From: Anthoceros angustus
Lineage: Eukaryota > Plantae > Anthocerotophyta
NCBI GenBank assembly: GCA_010909165.1
Contig: MU008163.1
Span: 62,001 to 126,000 of the forward strand
Reading direction: 5' to 3'
DNA: 64,000 nucleotides
Positions 47,426 through 62,200 of the stretch are shown here, piece by piece. The notes under the pieces were generated by a model that made no database searches, was not told the origin of the DNA, and saw nothing but the letters and a program-made list of their open reading frames with translations. A program made the position numbers and the translations under genes. Numbering within the stretch: the first letter of the stretch is position 1; every line of letters begins with the position of its first letter.

Positions 47426-50400
47426 TGACATGCGGCTCGGGTAGGAAGATGGGATATGGGTGATAGCATGAATACTTTAGAAGGCGATAGTGAGAGTTAC
47501 AATCACGCCCAAAACCCATGCATGTGTCTACATATATATTTAGCTGGTCAGTTAGGATAAACCCAACCACTATGCTAGTGGCCCAACGAGGGTAAGAACC
47601 CTAATAGTCAATGCTGTAACGAACGTGGCAGTCGCCCACACACGAAGCGTGGGCCTAACAGAGATCGATCATGGCGCGATGGCCAAGATAGACGGATGGC
47701 GTTGATAGGGTGACCAGCCTAACCAACCAAGAAGCTACCGATATATGAGGCGGCGACTAGCTTGATGAAGTTACGATGCACGGAAGACACATGCACTCTT
47801 TGTTTCGCTACATATTGCACACGATTTCTTCGGCGTATTCATACATACCGTGAGCCTCGATGTGGTGCTGCAGGATGGCGTGACTACTCTCAACTCCAAG
47901 CCTCGCCGCACGAGACCCAAGTGCTTCCCTCGATTGAAGGGTGCGGCGAATTTGTTACTTCATCAATCGTTTTCGATCTTCTCCACATGTGAGTGGAGGT
48001 GGTGGCGGCAGCGGAAGGGCTTCTCACCAGCCGCTATCATCACGATTGAAGTGATGTTGCATCAAGTTCGCATTTGAGCATACATAGCCTCGCCACCGGG
48101 TGGTTGCAAGCGGTACTTGCTAGTTGTTTTACTCACTATTTGAAACCGGCCTCTTTCCACGCTTGATTCCATGGGTGATGCATGAGCCGGAGCGGCCGAG
48201 GACAAGAGACATCCCGTTAGGGCTACGCCGAACGTGCTCACACCGGAGGAGGTGGGCGCGACGGCGGCGGTTTCTGAGTGAGGAAGCTGGCGAGGAGGAA
48301 CAGGAGGGTTTGCAGACACCTGCTACAGCTGAGGATAGTTGGTCACCTCTGAACAACTGGCCTGGTCTGATCAACACCACCAACAGCCAGCCAACAAGTG
48401 GCCAGTTCATACAATCGCATGGGTCTGTGGACCTAGGAGCTTGCAATCCAGGGTCAGGGCACGCAGAGTCTGACGCATCTGAGGAGTCAGATATCATGGA
48501 GGGAGGGCCACCAGCCTACAAGCAGGAGAAGTTCTCTGGGCGACCTGGAACTCAGACATTGAGGGACTTTAGGTTGTTCGTGAATGGCATGATCAGTCGT
48601 GTGAAATTCAAACACGGATCATCTTATACCTCCCTATATATGTTTGAGCAGTTGGCCGGTTCCATGGCGGATGAAGCTCTGGACTTGTATGAGGCTCACT
48701 TTGCTGACCTCACTGCAACAGTCCAGACTCCAAACCCACTTTTCCTGAGTGCCCTGCAACTGGCCTACAACGCCAAGTTGGCAACTGCGATCAACACGCA
48801 TCGTCGAATAGCGGTGACAATTGCTTCCACCGCCCTTCAGGTGAGCTGTGGGCGGGTGGCGACCACAGTGGTGTGAGTGAGTTCATCTATACCCCAAATC
48901 ACGCCAACCCAGTGGAGGTATTCATGGGGATATTAGAGAAGGCCTTCCCTCTCAAAACGCCGGAGAAGATTGCAGAATTGGCAGCCTTTGCACGCAAGAA
49001 GGAGGAAACGGTGCAAATGACTTTCCGCAGATTGCAGAAGCTGCGGGAGGGAACAGGGATGCTAACGGATCAAGAGGCGGCTGAGAAGTTTCTCACAGCT
49101 TTAGAGGGTGACCCTTTGTTCCATTTTCAACTCATCACCTCATTGGTGGATAAGTATGGGGACTCGTACACGCTGGAACAGGTTCACGAGGAGGCAGAGC
49201 GGAAGGAGATAGCATTCTCAGCTTATGCATCCAGGCACTCGAAGGCCTTCACACACTATCAGAGCATGTTCTCAAGTAAGGGAACATCGCCAGTGAGTAG
49301 TCCCAAGAGTCAGTAAGCCAAACTGCTCGAGCGCAGCAGGGTGGCCCCACTGCAATCATTGTGGCGGGCCCATCCCACCGGCATGGGTGCCCACCGACCG
49401 CACGCACGCCGCCAGTCGGGCATCTTGTTACGGTGTGCTTCGCACGGCGGAGATACCAAGAGCGGGATCGGGAGCCACGAGCGATGCACCGCCGATGCCG
49501 GGAGTATGACCGCACCACAAGCCTGGCAGTGGAGCGGTGCGGATAAAGCCAAGGCAAAGGCGTGAATCTTGCCGACGCTCCTTAGAAGCGCTTACGCCCT
49601 CACCACACGGTAGGGGCATTGGTGGCCAACATGGGCAATGGTTACTACCGCTCCGCTTATCAGACCCTGGCCTGGCACACAGTCTATGTTCGCAGATGCC
49701 GAGGAGGAAGATTATGGATTGCCACACCAAGCTTGCAACCACTTGCAAGTTGTTGTGAGACTGTGACTACCCGCATCGTGGTTGGGGCATGAGCTGAAGG
49801 CAGCAGTTGGAGGGGTGGTGATGGCTAATGCCACAAGACAGCCGAGGCCGGCCATTCCCGCCTTTTGCCACATTGCCATCCGGTGCACAACTCCAGTACG
49901 GGGACAAGATCATCTAGGTGACCCAGACGCACGGAATGCGTGCCATGACACTGCAAGGCAGCAGGAGGTCGATTCCGGGCAGATATATTTGCTACCCCGC
50001 ACCGTCACCCGTAGCCGTGACAAGGAAACCGGTAGACATGCCACGCTTTCCCTCGATGACTTGGGCATAGGGCTGGACGTTGCATCGAATCTTTGGAGCC
50101 AACCCGGCCGACGCAATGGCGCCGTTGGGTGACCAACCTTTACCCACCCATGCGGGATGGGTGTTACCCACGACTCATGAGGTTACCGCTAGGGAGTTTC
50201 GCAAGGCTGTGCCACTCAACGAGCGGATCGCAGAGAGCGGATAGCACCCACAAACCGGGCGAGTTCGGGTTAGCAATGCCATGGTTGACAATCTGCAGGC
50301 ACGCCATCACAATCGGTATGCCCCCAAATGGTACTCCTTGACACTGGGGCCCCTGGCCATCGGTGGCCGCAGACGGTTTCGCGGAGATGCTCTTAAGAGC

Positions 50401-53400
50401 TCCCATGGAACATCCGGATCGCATCAGGGGCCATAGAGCTGATGGGGAAATCACAAACCGGCGGCGCATCACATTGAAACTGGACGCCATGACATGACAT
50501 TAGCTGTCCATTGTTTAGTGACCATCGCTACCAATTATGATGTTGTTGGGGCAAGAATTTCTTCCCGCCATGTCGATTTACAATTGGATGACAGGCCTAC
50601 TACGCCGATTGGCAAACGTGGAGGACGAGGTGGCCCACTTTCCTTACATCCGCATGGAAGGAATGATGAGGATTTGTCTATGCGCCACATCCGACAACAA
50701 CCGCGCGCGACGCACCGATGGCAAGGGACACCACTCACGTGGGATGATGGTTGTCACCCGAGCTCGAGGATGAGCCTAATGAAGCATGGGCGGCAATAGC
50801 ATGTATCACGATGCCGCGGTTGTTTCGCGGGAAAAGATGCAACTATCATGTTGTGGGGGTCAAGGATCAAGTGGCCCGTGCCTGACTCCGAAAAGACCTA
50901 CACCGACCGCTCACCTGTGCACTATTGATCATCAACCCATCGGTGGACACCGTAGCAGGAATGACGGTGGTTGAACTCTTTGGGTTATGCACAGGCCTAG
51001 AAGCAATTCTCAAGGCCGGGCTCACTATCCACCGGTACATCTACTGTGACAACTGTGAGATCTCCCAAACATTGGCTGCCAGATCCAAGGGCTGCGCTTT
51101 CCTACCCCTCGGTGGCAGTACCTTCGACCATGCCACGGATGTACGGTACATCCAAGAGCGTCACATCCACGCATTGGCTCCCATGGACTTGGTCATTGCT
51201 GGATGGGAGTGCCAAGGGTTTTCGGCCGCCGTCACCGCAAGACCCACGGACGGGGCTTTTTCGAGACTTACAGAGATATCGGTGTGGGCACCAGATAGCC
51301 CTCATTGTGCACCGCTGGAAAACACACCCGCCGCTTTGACTACTGGCCCAGTGAAACAAGACATGATGCTCGTGCAACATCACAGGACCCCCTTCCTCAT
51401 GGATGCAAAGACAAGTGGGCGTTACGCGCACCGCCTACGCAACTATTGGACAAATTGGGTGCCAAGGGCGGTGCTGGAGATAGTGCTTAGCAACACTACA
51501 CGCGACCCGACGTTGGCCTTGCAGACCGTATTGAAACCTCACCACCAAGCCAGGCCTGTCAGGGCTGCCGAGAGAGCGCCCTGGTACCCCACCAACATTC
51601 CTGGGGCACCCAGAAGCACTCTCCCAACACTGGTCACTTTTCCCGCTTCACATGCTTACAGGGGACAAGGTGCTGGATTGCTCCTAAATACAACCACACA
51701 ACAATGGGAGGAGCCCTGCGTGGAAGAACGGGAAAGGCTAATGGGTTTCCAAACTCACTCCACCGCCGAAGCCCCCAAGCAAAGACTTGTGGCCATGGAC
51801 CTCAACGCCACATGGTTGGTTAGCTTGTGTTTGGCATTCCAGATCTTGACAGTGTCCAAGCAAAGATTCGCCACGACATGCCGCCCCATCGATGCGACAC
51901 TTTCCTTTCCGGATTTACCACCTCATCCTTCCGGCTCGATCCAGGGGGGGAGGAGCAGACCGTATGGACTGAGCAGGCAGATTCGAGGTCTACTTTTCTT
52001 GCATCAACCCTTCAGGATGCCGGGACAGATGGAGGGGGAGCGCAGCCAAGCCACCTTTAACGGCGGACACGTTCCTTTGGACCATGGGACCTGAGCTTAC
52101 TGATGACCAGCGTGAGCGGATCAGGACATTATTGCTTAGGTACAAGGATTGTTTTGCATTTTCAATGAAGGAGCTCAAGCGGTGCAACGTGACCATTTCG
52201 TATCAAGTCGACATCGAGGAGCCCATCTACCACGAGTACCGCTCAAGAATCGGAATGGGAAATGGTCGACGCCAGTGCAAGGAGCTCTTGGATGCCGGAC
52301 TCATCCGACCGTTCGATTTCGCCACCGCCATGCCACCAAAAAGAAAGATGCCGGGTGGATCGAGAAGAGGATGTGCGATTATCGCCCATCAATGCCGACC
52401 GCCAAGACCGTTACCCCATGCCAACTCAGGAGATTTTTGTGATTGGCGCCCCGTATTTACTTTTCTCCGGACTTGAGACAAGGTTTCAACGTGAGTGAGG
52501 AGGACATCAAAAGACCGCATTCCACGGTTCTCAGGAATGGCTAGTGATGCCTTTTGGGTTCGAACGCACTGTAACATTCCCGGTGATGGACCTAGTGTTG
52601 ACCGGTTGCGCTAATCTACTTTGTTACATAGACGATGTGCTTGTGCACAGTGCGACTTCGAATCACACTTGGTCCACCTTGAGGACTGCTCCGCCACGAA
52701 GGCCCAATTGACTTGTCACCCAGCAAAGTGCGAATTTGGGATGAACACTGTGGCATATTTGGGTCATAGGATTGTCCAGAATGGCATGATGCCACATGCG
52801 CCCAAGATTCAAGCCATCTTGCGGGTCAAGGAACCCACCAATGTCTCACCGTGAGGGCTGCCCGGCTTGTGCAACTATTATCGTGTATATCCAGAACTTC
52901 AGCAGAATTGCCAAGCCACTCAATGACATGTTGCGCAAGGACACTACATGGGCATGGACGCGGCTCAGCGTTGATGAGTCAAGTCACACATGCACCGATC
53001 ATGGCCAGACCAGACTTTGGGAAACCCTTTGTTGTCCATACCGACTGGAGCTGCTTAGGCTTGGGAGCTGTCTTGGCACAATTGGATGAGCATGGGCATG
53101 AGAGAGTCATAGCTTATGCTTCGCATAGCAACAACAGAGCTAAGGCAAATTACAGCAGCTATGAAGGCGAGTGTCTCGCCGCAGTATGGGCAGTTTGCCA
53201 TTTTAGACCCTACCTTTACGGCCAGCCTTTCACCCTAGTCACGGATCACCAGCCCTTGAAGTGGTTAATGGCCAACTCAAAGCTAAGTGGGAAACTCGCC
53301 AGGTGGGCGATGATTTTGCAAGACTACGAGTTCGTGGTGGTGCATCGGCCCGGAGTCAAGCATCAGAACGCAGATACCCTATCCAGGAACCCGGATGAGA

Positions 53401-55570
53401 GCTCTGAGGATAGCACGGAGGCACGGCAAGACGGGGAGCTACATGAGGCTTTCACGGTTGCCGCCTCGATGACATGCTTAGGGGGCGGTGTAAAATGCCG
53501 GCAGAAACTCGTCAAGGACATCGAAGACCGATACCCTCGTATGTGCAACAAAGCGTGTTGATGCCGCATTGATCGCAGATGAATCGACGAACGGCCGCCG
53601 TATCACCGGCATGATGGCTACCTTGTCGAGGTTGGGCAATGGCGTGGAACGGCTTGTGCCTCCACCGGCGAGGCGCCTTTATGCGTGTGACATGGGCCAT
53701 TTTGGTGTTAAGCGAACTTCTTGCTCACTCCCCACTTCTACTGGCACGGGATGTACCTGCAAGTGAAGCAACAGGTGGCATGTTGTGAACAATGCGATCG
53801 GGTGAAGACATCATTCACCATTCAGCATCCCCAGTTGCACCCGTTGCCCATTATGGGCCTATTTTTCAGGTGGTCATGTGACCTGATTGGGGAACTGCCG
53901 AGGACGCCCAGGGCAAACGTGTATGTGATGGTGATGATGGAACACTTCTCCAAGTGGGTGGAGGTAGTGGCTCTCCCCGATAAGAGTTCCCGTAGCACCG
54001 CACAAGCATTCTTGCATAATGTGTTGGGGAGATTTGGCGGCTGCGCGGAGTGCTTGACAGATCAAGGGTCAGAGTTCCGCGGGGAATTCCAAGATCTCCT
54101 GGATGCGGCCCTGATAGATCACCGCCTCACCGAGACCATCCGTGCCGATGGTCCGGCCGGATGGTGCAAACAATTAAGAAAGGGCTCCGCAAGCTATGCC
54201 TCCAAATGCCCAAGACGGATTGGGACTTGGCCTCCTTATATATGGGCTATCGATGAGCAAGCATGCGCCTTGGCCCATTTCTCGCCATATTTCTGTTGTT
54301 TGAAGAGAACCCATGCCCGCCATTGCCCGACAAATGCATGTGGACTTGGACAACCACCACATGGGCCCGAATTGTAGGCGAAAGGGCAGCCCTCTTCAAG
54401 CGATGCCCATGGCCATGGCAAATCGCATCGCAAAGACCGAGATACCTTACGATGCGACACCAATGAAGCTTCAGCCCAAGCTCAAGAAGTTCCGTGGGAT
54501 TTTGTGTATCTTGACAAGAATACCTTGGACACTAGCACCCAGACATGTGCTCGGTGAAGGAGATGCGGGGAATGGCGTTTTGCACATGGGTCGATGGGAG
54601 GACCATGACCGATCACATGAAGAATGCGCACCGCCACTCTGCCCAACTTGGATCCTAACATCGTGACAAGAGATTGGATCCCACCACCACTCAATCTGCA
54701 GAGGGTGGACGACGCAGTAGCTCATGCTCTGCAGCAGTTTATCACTTGTTCCTGTCACACCACCTCTCACCAAGTGCGGATCAACTATGGTATGGGTTCG
54801 CTAATTCCCCCCCGAGAGCGTCACTGCTAGTACGTTCTCCACCCACAACAACATTACATCGGAAACTGTGTCGATCATCTCCGGCAGGCTAACCGCCCAA
54901 ACGGGGAAGATGGATGCCAATAATCTAACATACCGTGAGCTTATACTTGCTGCCCAACCGAATGTGCTGTAAGGAAGGGAAGGTCGATCGAGCAGAGCAC
55001 CTTCACAAGATGCCACACCGAAATCTGAGAGCATCACGACACCGACATGCGGCTCGGGCGGGAAGATCGGATATGGGTGATAGCATGAATACTTTAGAAG
55101 GCGATAGTGAGAGTTACAATCACGCCCAAAACCCATGCATGTGTCTACATATATTTATGGGTTAGGATAAACCCAACCACTATGCTAGTGGCCCAACGGT
55201 AGCAGGTAAGAACCCCAGTCAATACCTGTAATCTAACGAGTAGTGCGTGCCACACACAGGCGTGGCCCAACAGATCGATCATGGCGCGATGGCGATAGGG
55301 TGACGGATGGCCAAAGATAGGGTGACGGCACCAACCAATAAGCAAGCCACCGAATATGAGGCGTCAAGACGCAGCTGATGAAGTTACGCCAGATGCACGG
55401 AAGACACTGCACTCTTTGTTTCGACATATCTGCTGTAATACGATTTCTTCGTACCATTCATACATACCGTGAGCCTCGATGTGGTGCCCGCAGACGGCGT
55501 GACTACTCTCAAGCCTCAAGCCTCGTTCGAGACCCGTGCTTCCCCTCGATTGAAGGGTGCGCGAATTTGT
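47426..55570 (+). mobile_element. Ty3/Gypsy LTR retrotransposon copy 1 (Gag - PR - DNMT3-like - RT - RH - IN - PHD)
   Basis: Gag 48150-49500 with two CCHC-like knuckles (CNHCGGP.H, GHLVTVCF); protease VLLDTGA ~50328; DNMT ~50961-51830; RT ~52090-52850; RNase H FVVHTDWS...IAYAS..N.....[33 protein letters not shown]; integrase GHFGVKR..., WSCDL.G..., EHFSKW, TDQGSEF. Left LTR-like repeat truncated. Confidence 0.93.
50961..51830 (+). other. C5-cytosine methyltransferase (DNMT3-like) domain inside Pol, copy 1
   Basis: VELFG(G)LCTGLEAILKAGLTIHRYIYCD; DVRYIQERHIHALAPMDLVIAGWECQGFS; LENTPA; PFLMDA...AHRLRNYWTN; EERERLMGF; AMDLNA.WL. Confidence 0.88.
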
Positions 55571-56250
55571 TGAAGATGGATGCCAATAATCTAACATACC
55601 GGTGAGCTTATACTTGCCGCTTTTTTGCGGTCCCAACCGAATGTGCTGTAAGGAAGGAAGGTCGGATCGAACAGGAGCACCTTCACAAAGATACTCACCG
55701 AAATCTCGACAAGATCACGACACCGACATGCGGCTCGGGCAGAAGATCGGATATGGGTGATAGCATGAATACTTTAGAAGGCGATAGAGAGTTACAATCA
55801 CGCCCAAAACCCATGCATGTGTCTACATATATATTTAGCTGGTCGGAGGATAAACCCAACCACTATGCTAGTGGCCCAACGAGTAGGTAAGAACCCTAAT
55901 TCAAGTGTAACGAACGGGTAGCGTGCACCACCGAAGGCGTGGCCATCAGATCGATCATGGCGCGATGGCCAAAGATAGGGTGACGGATGGCCGTTAGGGT
56001 GACGGCAGCTAACCAACCGCGAAGCTACCGACAAGGTGATATGAGGGCGCTGAAGACAGCTGATGAAGTTACTGGCGTATGCACGGAAGACACTGCACTC
56101 TTTGTTTGACATATACATTGTCGATTTCTTGGCGTATTCATACATACGTGTGAGCCTCGATGTGGTGCTGCGGGATGGCGTGACTACTCTCAACTCAAGC
56201 CTCGCAAGTTGCGAGACCCAAGTGCTTCCCCTCGATTGAAGTGCGGCGAA
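54906..56250. repeat. Two adjacent ~665-bp LTR-like units between the Gypsy copies
   Basis: Unit GAAGATGGATGCCAATAATC...GCGAATTTGTT at 54906-55570 and 55572-~56250. It recurs at 63255-63918 and again from 63920 to the window end; truncated copy at 47426-47955. Confidence 0.85.
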
Positions 56251-59200
56251 TTTGTTACTTCATCAATCGCTTGATCTTCTCCACATGTGAGTGGAGGTGG
56301 TGGCGGCGCGGAAGGGCTTCTCATTGCAGCTAGCCGTATCATCACGATTGAAGTGATCGGTGTTGCATCAAGTTCGGCATTTGAGGCATAGCCTCGCCAT
56401 CGGGTGGTTGCAAGCGGTACTTGCTCGTTGTTTTACTCACGGCGCTATTTGAGGGGCCTCTTTCCACGCTTGATTCCATGGGTGATGCAATCGATGAGCG
56501 AACTTGATCAGGAGGACAAGAGACATCCCAGGTTAGAACGTCGAGCGTGCTCACGCAGGAGGAGGTGGGCGCGCGGCGGTTTCTAGTGAGGTGGCGAGGA
56601 GGAGCAGGAGGGTTTGCGGACACATACGGTGAGGATAGTTGGTCACCTCGACAGGCGGCTGATATCAACACCACCAAGCGGCCGACAAGTGGCGGTTCAT
56701 ACTGTCGCATGGGTCGTGGACCTAGGAGCTTGCAATCCGGTCGAGAACGCCGACGGCCTTGTCGAGTCGAGATATCATGGAGGAGGGCCACCAGCCTACG
56801 GAGAAGTTCTGGGCGACTGGAACTCGGACATTGAGGGACTTTAGGTTGTTCGTGAATGGCATGATCGATCGTGAAATTCAAACACGGATCAGCTTATACC
56901 TCCCTATATATGTTTGAGCAGTTGGCGGTTCCATGGCGGATGAAGCTCGACTTGTATGAGGCTCACTTTGCGACCTCACCGCACGGACTCCAAACCCACT
57001 TTTCAGTGCCCGCAGGCGGCCTCGCCAAGTTGGCAGCGCGATCAACACGCCAATTTGGAATAGCGGTGGGACAATTGCTTCCACCGTCACACGGTTGTGA
57101 GCGCGGTGGCGGGTGGCGACCACAGTGTGAGTGAGTTCATCTATACCCCAAATCACGCCAACCCGATTAGGTTCATGGGGATATTGAGAAGGCCTTCCTC
57201 TCAAAACGCCGGAGAAGATTGCGGAATTGGCAGCCTTTGCACGCAAGAAGGAGGAAACGGTGCAAATGACTTTCCGCAGATTGCAGAAGCTGCGGGAGGG
57301 AACAGGGATGCTAACGGATCAAGAGGCGGCTGAGAAGTTTCTCACAGCTTTAGAGGGTGACCCTTTGTTCCATTTTCAACTCATCACCTCATTGGTGGAT
57401 AAGTATGGGGACTCGTACACGCTGGAACAGGTTCATGAGGAGGCAGAGCGGAAGGAGATAGCATTCTCAGCTTATGCATCCAGCACTCAAGGCCTTCACA
57501 CACTATCGAGCATGTTCTCAAGTAAGGGAACATCGCCAGTGAGTAGTCCCAAGAGCTGCAGCCAAAAGCCAAGCAAGCGGCAGCCGACCACTTGGCATGC
57601 AATCATTGTGGCGTCCGGAGCACATCACCGCATGTAAGTGCCACACGAGGGGCTCTCACCGCCGCCAGTCGGGCATTTGTTACGGTGTGCTTCAGCACAC
57701 AGCGGAGATACCAAGAGTGCGGGATCGGGAGCCAAAGAATGATCTTTGAGTATGACCCACAAGCCTGTGGCACTTCCAGGAGCGGTGCGTGATAAAGCCA
57801 AGGCAAAGGCGGTAGTCTTGACAAGGTCGGCTCCTTAGAAGCCGCTGCCCTCACCACCACGGTAGGGGCATTGGTGGCCAACATGGGCAATGGTTACTAC
57901 CGCTCCGCTTATCAGACCCTGGCCTGGCACACAGTCTATGTTCGTGATGCCGAGGAGGAAGATTATGGATTGCACACCAAGCACTTGACTTGCAAGTTGT
58001 TGATGAGACTCGAGACTACCCGTGGTTGGGGCATGAGCTGAAGGCAGCAGTTGGAGGGGTGGTGATGGCTAATGCATCCGGTTACAAGGCATGAGGCAGG
58101 CGGCCATTCCCGATCTTTTGCCACATTGCCATCTGGGTGCACAACTCCAGCACGGGGACAAGATCATCTAGGTGACCCAGACGCACGAATCGTGCGTGAC
58201 ACGCAAGCGGCAGGAGGTCGATTCCGAGAGATATATTTGCTACCGCATACCGTCACCCGAGGCCGTGTGAAACCGTAGACATGCCTTTCCCTCGATGACT
58301 TGGGCATAGGTGGGCGTTTACATCGAGATCTTGGAGCCAACGGTCGAGACGCAATGGCGTCGATTGGGGTGACCAACCTTTACCCACCCATGCGGGATGG
58401 GTGTTACCCACCACAAGACTCATGAGGTTACCGCTAGGGGCTCGGCAAGGCTGCCACTCAACGAGCCCGGATCACGAGAGAGCGGATAGCACCCACAAAC
58501 CGGGCGACGATTCGGGTTAGCAATGCCATGGTTGACAATCGCAGGCACGCGTCACCATCATGGTATGCCCCCAAAATGGTACTCCTTGACACCGGGGCCC
58601 AGCCCGTCATCACCGTAGTGCGGCCGCTTCGCGGGAGATGCTCTTAGAGCTCCCATGGAACATCCGGGCGCATCGGGGGCCATAGAGCCGTGTGGGCATC
58701 AAACCGGTGCATCACATTGAAACTGTGGACGCCGCGCCATGACATTAGCTGTCCATTGTTTAGTGACCACTGCTACCAATTATGATGTTCTGTTGGGGCA
58801 AGAATTTCTCTTCCCGCCAGGTGTCAGTATCGACAATTGGACAGAACAGGCCTACTACCGGCCAGATTGGCAACGTGGAGGACGAGAGGTGGCCCACTTT
58901 CCCTTACATCTGCATGGAAGGAATGATGAGGACGAAGCTTCGTTGGCTATGCGCCACATCCTGACAACAAACTGCTGCGCCAGCACTTCGCTGATGGCAA
59001 GGGACACCACTCACGTGGACAGATGGTTGTCACCGAGCTCGAGGATGAGCCTAATGAAGCATGGGCGGCAATAGCATGTATCACAGATGCCGTGCAGGTT
59101 GTTTCGGCGGGAAAAGATGCAACTATCATGTTGAAAGGGGTCAAGGATCAAGTGGCCCGTGCTCTGACTCTGCTGGACAGCACCTACACCGACCCTGCTC

Positions 59201-62200
59201 ACCCAGGCACTATTGATCATCAACCCATCGGTGGACCGCACTGGCGGGGAATGACTGGTTGAACTCTTTGGTGGGTTATGCACGAGCCTAGAAGCGATTC
59301 TCAAGGGGCTCACTATCCACGGTACATCTTGTGACAATGTGAGATCTCCCAAACATTGGCTGCCAGCATCCAAGGGCGCTGCTTTCCTAGTCGGATTCTC
59401 TGTGGCAGTACCTTCAACCATGCCACGGGATGTACGGTACATCCAGGCGTCACATCCATGCATTGGCTCCCATTGACTTGGTCATTCTTGGATGGGAGTG
59501 CCAAGGTTTTCTCAGGCTGGCGGCGCTGCAAGACCTGACGGGGCTTTTCGAGACTTCAGATATCTTGGTGTGGACGCAACGGTATAGCCCTCATTGTGCA
59601 TACCTGCTGGAAAACACACCTGCTCAGTTTGACTCACGGGCCCAGGTGAAAGAAGACATGATGCTCGTGCAACATCACCTGGGACCCCCCTTCCTCATGG
59701 ATGCAGCACAAGTGGGCAGCTACACGCACCGCTTACGCAACTATTGGACAAATTGGGTGCCAAGGGCGGTGCTGGAGATAGTGCTTAGCAACACTACACA
59801 CGACGTTGGCCTTGCACCGTGTGAACCTCACACCACCAAGCCGGGCTGTCGAGTGCCAGAAGCGCCTGGTACCCCACCAACATCCAAGGGCACCCGGAAG
59901 CACTCTCCCAACACTGGTCACTTTTCCCGCTCACATGCTTACAGGGGACAAGGTCTTTGGATTGCTCCTAAATACAACCACACAACAATGGGAGGAGCCC
60001 TGCGTGGAAGAACGGGAAAGGCTAATGGGTTTCCAAACTCACTCCACCTTGTAGTTACTAGCGTTGTGCAGCACTTGGCAGGGCCATGGACCTCAACGCC
60101 GTCACATGGTTGGTTAGCTTGTGTTTGGCATTCCAGATCTTGACAGGTCCAAGCAAAGATTCGCTCACGCACATGCCCCATGCGTACACTTTCCTTTCCG
60201 GATTTACCACCTCATCCTTGGCTCGATCCGGGGAGGAGACCGTATGGTGGCGGTCGAGGTCTACTTTTCTTGCATCAACCCTTGAGGATGCAGGACGAGA
60301 TGGAGGAGCGCCACCAAGCCACCTTTTGGCGGACACGTTCCTTTGGACCATGGGACTGAGCTTCTTGACCAGCGTGAGTGGATCGGACATTGCTTAGGTA
60401 CAAGGATTGTTTTGCATTTTCAATGAAGGAGCTCAAGCGGTGCAACGTGACCACATTTCGTATCAAGTTGACCACTGAGGAGCCCATCTACCGACGACGG
60501 TACCGGCTCAGCAAATCGGAATGGGAAATGGTCGACGCCAGGTGCAAGGAGCTCTTGGATGCCGGACTCATCCGACCGTCAAGTTTGGATTTCGCCGCTG
60601 CCACGGTCATGCCACCAAAGAAAGACAGCCAGGGGCTGTGGACTGAGAAGAGGATGTGCGGGGATTATCGCCCCATCAATGCCGTCACCGCTCAAGACCG
60701 TTACCCCATGCCAACTCCAGAGGAGATTTTTGACAGCATTGGGCAGTCCCGTTACTTTTCTACGCTGGACTTGAGACAAGGTTTCAACCAGGTACCGGTA
60801 GCAGAGGAGGACATCAAAAAGACCGCATTCCACGGTTCTCAACAGCTGTGGGAATGGCTAGTGATGCCTTTTGGGTTCAGGAACGCACCTGTAACATTCC
60901 AACGGGTGATGGACCTAGTGTTGACCGGGTCTGCTAATCTACTTTGTTACATAGACGATGTGCTTGTGCACAGTGCAGACTTCGAATCACACTTGGTCCA
61001 CCTTGAGGACCTGTTCCAGCGCCTACGCAAGGCCCAATTGACTTGTCACCCAGCAAAGTGCGAATTTGGGATGAACACTGTGGCATATTTGGGTCATAGG
61101 ATTGTCCGTGGCATGATGCCACATGCGACCAAGATTCAAGCCATCTTGCGGGTCAAGGAACCCACCAATGTCTCACCGTGAGGGCGTTCGGCTTGTGCAA
61201 CTATTATCGGTGTATATCCGAACTTGACAGGTGCCAAGCCACTCAATGACATGTTGCGCAAGGACACTACATGGGCATGGACAAGTGCGGCTCAGCAGGC
61301 GTTTGATGAGCTGAAGTCACAGCTCACATAGGCACCGATCATGGCCAGACCAGACTTTGGGAAACCCTTTGTTGTCCATACCGACTGGAGCTGCTTAGGC
61401 TTGGGAGCTGTCTTGGCACAATTGGATGAGCATGGGCATGAGAGAGTCATAGCTTATGCTTCTCGTAGCAACAACAGAGCTGAGGCAAATTACAGCAGCT
61501 ATGAAGGCGAGTGTCTCGCCGCAGTATGGGCAGTTTGCCATTTTAGACCCTACCTTACGTGACCTTTCACCCTAGTCACGGATCACCAGCCCTTGAAGTG
61601 GTTAATGGCCAACTCAAAGCTAAGTGGGAAACTCGCCAGGTGGGCGATGATTTTGCAAGACTACGAGTTCGTGGTGGTGCATCGCCGAGTCAAGCATCGA
61701 ACGAATACCTATCCGAACCCGGATGAGAGCTCGAGGATAGCGGAGGCACGGCAAGACGGGAGCTACATGAGGCTTTCACGGTTGCCCTTTGGTGACATGC
61801 ATGCCTAGGCGGGTGCGTGATGCGGAAACTCGTCAAGGACATGGGAAGACCAGCATACCCTCGGTATGTGCAACAGCAGTTGATCTTGCATTGTGCAGAT
61901 GAGCTGGAGACAGCAGCGCCGTATCAGCATGATGGCTACCTTGTCAGGAGGTTGGGCAATGGCGTGGAACGGCTTGTGCCTCCACCCGGCAGGCGCCTTA
62001 TCAAGCGTGTGCACATGGGCCATTTTGGTGTTAAGCGAACTTACAGTTTGCTCACTCCCCACTTCTACGGCACGGATGTACCAAGTGAAGCAACGGGTGG
62101 CTGTTGTGAACAATGCGATCGGGTGAAGACATCATTCACCATTGATCCCAGTTGCACCGTTGCCCATTATGGGCCTATTTTTGTGGTCATGTGACTGATT

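Noticed and set aside
50961-51830. Host or bacterial methyltransferase gene (restriction-modification or contamination)
   Set aside because: The domain lies between retroviral-type protease and RT in both copies, has no introns, and its motifs are DNMT3-like rather than R-M type.
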